Origin: Mycobacterium leprae TN | GTDB lineage: Bacteria; Actinomycetota; Actinomycetes; Mycobacteriales; Mycobacteriaceae | Reading direction: 5' to 3' | NCBI RefSeq assembly: GCF_000195855.1 | Contig: NC_002677.1 | Span: 1,230,001-1,262,000, forward strand | DNA: 32,000 bases | Shown here: positions 30,028 through 32,000 of the stretch, one piece after another | Position numbering within the stretch: the first letter of the stretch is position 1 | How the letters are laid out: the number at the start of each line of letters is the position of its first letter | The notes under the pieces: model-generated | What the model was told of the DNA's origin: nothing | Database searches by the model: none | Seen by the model: the letters and a program-made list of their open reading frames with translations, nothing else | Made by a program: the position numbers and the translations under genes

Positions 30028-32000
30028 TTAGCCGAACGCGGTGTCGAGGATCTCCTGTTGCTCGACGGCATGCACCTTCGACGAACCCGACGACGGCGCC
30101 GACATGGCCCGCCGCGAAATCCTCTTGATCCCGGTGAGTCGGGGCAGCAGCTCGGGCAGCTCCAGGCCGAACCGCGGCCAGGCACCTTGATTGGCTGGCT
30201 CCTCTTGCACCCAGAAGAACTCTTTGGCGTTCTCGTAGCGGTCCAGCGTTTCGCCGAGCCGGCGCCGCGGCAGCGGGGCCAGCTGTTCGATCCGCACGAT
30301 CGCGACGTCGTCGCGGTTGTCCTTGATCTTGCGGGCGGCCAGCTCGTAGTAGAGCTTGCCGCAGGTCAACAGGACCCTGGTGACCTTGCTGCGGTCGTCG
30401 ATGCTGTCCTCGTAGGTGGGTTCCTCCAGCACCGAACGGAACTTGATCTCGGTGAAGTCCTTGATATCACTGACTGCGGCCTTGTTGCGCAACATCGACT
30501 TGGGCGTGAACACGATCAGTGGACGTTTAATGCCGTCGAGAGCGTGCCGGCGCAGCAAGTGGAAGTAGTTAGATGGAGTCGACGGCACCGCAAAGGTCAT
30601 TGAGCCCTCCGCCCACAGCTGCAGGAAGCGTTCGATGCGGCCAGAGGTGTGGTCAGGGCCCTGCCCTTCGTGCCCGTGCGGCAATAGCAGCACCACTGTC
30701 GACAACTGTCCCCACTTGGCCTCACCGGAGTTGATGAATTCGTCGATGATTGACTGTGCGCCGTTGACGAAGTCGCCGAACTGCGCCTCCCACAGCACCA
30801 CGGCATCCGGGTTGCCTACCGTATAGCCGTACTCGAAACCGACAGCGGCATACTCCGACAGTGGCGAGTTGTAGACCAGAAACTTGCCGCCGGTGGGACT
30901 GCCGTCGGGGTTATTGGCCAGCAGCTGTAACGGAGTGAATTCCTCGCCGGTGTGGCGGTCGATGATCACCGAATGCCGCTGCGAGAAGGTGCCACGCTTG
31001 GTGTCTTGGCCGGACAGCCGCACCAATTTGCCTTCCGCCACCAGCGACCCTAAGGCTAGCAACTCGGCGAAAGCCCAGTCGATCTTGCCTTCATAAGCCA
31101 TCTCCCGGCGTTTCTCGAGCACCGGCTGCACCCGCGGGTGCACGGTGAAACCTTCTGGTACCGCCAGGAAGGCGTCGCCGATGCGGGCCAGCAGTGCTTT
31201 GTCCACCGCGGTGGACAAACCCGCAGGGATCATCTGGTCAGACTCCACTGACTCGCTGGGCTGCACGCCGTGCTTTTCCAGGTCGCGTACCTCGTTGAAC
31301 ACCCGCTCCAGCTGGCCTTGGTAGTCGCGCAGCGCGTCCTCGGCTTCCTTCAAGGAAATGTCGCCACGGCCGATCAAGGCTTCGGTGTAACTCTTACGGG
31401 CGCCGCGCTTGGTGTCGACAACGTCGTACATGTACGGGTTCGTCATCGACGGATCGTCGCCCTCATTGTGCCCGCGCCGGCGGTAGCACAGCATGTCGAT
31501 AACGACGTCCTTTTTAAAACGCTGCCGAAAGTCGACCGCCAGCTTGGCTACCCACACGCAGGCTTCCGGGTCATCACCGTTGACGTGGAAGATCGGCGCG
31601 CCGATCATCTTGGCGACATCCGTGCAGTACTCGCTGGATCTGGAGTACTCCGGCGCGGTAGTGAAGCCGATCTGGTTGTTGACGATGATGTGGATGGTGC
31701 CGCCGACCCGGTAACCAGGCAGGTTCGCCAAGTTTAGCGTTTCGGCAACGACTCCTTGGCCGGCGAAGGCAGCGTCCCCGTGCAGCATCATTGGCACCAC
31801 CGAAAACGCTTCATCTTGGTTGCCATTGGTATCCTTGTTGAGTAGATCCTGCTTGGCCCGGACGAGACCTTCGAGCACGGGGTCCACGGCTTCCAAGTGT
31901 GAAGGGTTGGCGGTCAGCGATACTTGAATGTCGTTGTCGCCGAACATCTGCAGATACAAACCGGTAGCACCGAGGTGGTATTTGACGTCACCAGAGCTGT
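30028..32000 (-). CDS. kgd: 2-oxoglutarate decarboxylase / 2-oxoglutarate dehydrogenase E1 component, C-terminal ~655 aa (5' end outside window)
   Basis: The frame is open to the window edge ([41 protein letters not shown]). SucA/Kgd TPP-binding and transketolase-like domains are present ([32 protein letters not shown]). The M at 31959 in the ORF track is an internal TTG Leu codon. Confidence 0.92.
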   Translation of the reverse strand, partial: SSGDVKYHLGATGLYLQMFGDNDIQVSLTANPSHLEAVDPVLEGLVRAKQDLLNKDTNGNQDEAFSVVPMMLHGDAAFAGQGVVAETLNLANLPGYRVGGTIHIIVNNQIGFTTAPEYSRSSEYCTDVAKMIGAPIFHVNGDDPEACVWVAKLAVDFRQRFKKDVVIDMLCYRRRGHNEGDDPSMTNPYMYDVVDTKRGARKSYTEALIGRGDISLKEAEDALRDYQGQLERVFNEVRDLEKHGVQPSESVESDQMIPAGLSTAVDKALLARIGDAFLAVPEGFTVHPRVQPVLEKRREMAYEGKIDWAFAELLALGSLVAEGKLVRLSGQDTKRGTFSQRHSVIIDRHTGEEFTPLQLLANNPDGSPTGGKFLVYNSPLSEYAAVGFEYGYTVGNPDAVVLWEAQFGDFVNGAQSIIDEFINSGEAKWGQLSTVVLLLPHGHEGQGPDHTSGRIERFLQLWAEGSMTFAVPSTPSNYFHLLRRHALDGIKRPLIVFTPKSMLRNKAAVSDIKDFTEIKFRSVLEEPTYEDSIDDRSKVTRVLLTCGKLYYELAARKIKDNRDDVAIVRIEQLAPLPRRRLGETLDRYENAKEFFWVQEEPANQGAWPRFGLELPELLPRLTGIKRISRRAMSAPSSGSSKVHAVEQQEILDTAFG

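Noticed and set aside
30022-30603. 193-aa ORF on the plus strand
   Set aside because: It is antisense to kgd, whose identity is unambiguous, and has a shadow-frame composition.

Overview
This window reads as chromosomal DNA from a reductively evolved mycobacterium of the Mycobacterium leprae type. GC content looks like roughly 58% by eye (not computed). Intact housekeeping genes alternate with heavily frameshifted gene remnants. As far as I recall the M. tuberculosis map, gene order is colinear with Rv1208-Rv1248c. I call these genes intact: gpgS (partial), a DivIVA-domain protein, tagA, a DUF3117 protein, glgC, an EthR-like TetR regulator, an O-methyltransferase, sigE-rseA-htrA-tatB, mrp, a Pro-rich DUF4190 membrane protein, lpqY-sugA-sugB-sugC, corA, mdh, lpqZ, an SDR and kgd/sucA (partial). 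I call these pseudogenes: glgA/glgM, an ICMT-like methyltransferase, a whole TetR-ABC exporter operon, a DUF1003 gene with its neighbours, a PE_PGRS gene, a MaeB-type malic enzyme and a second SDR. One mobile-element relic is present, a 937-bp IS30-family remnant with perfect 46-bp terminal inverted repeats. It sits where four M. tuberculosis genes are missing. I found no rRNA, tRNA or CRISPR array, and no convincing multi-gene defence or otherwise new system. The least explained signals are small: a perfect 22-bp palindrome and tandem half-sites upstream of sigE, a 17-bp tandem repeat upstream of lpqY, an unassigned 630-bp stretch between sugC and corA, the orphan EthR-like regulator with clustered TGTCGA half-sites, and the conserved IS termini. 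All homology statements come from motif recognition and recall, not database searches.
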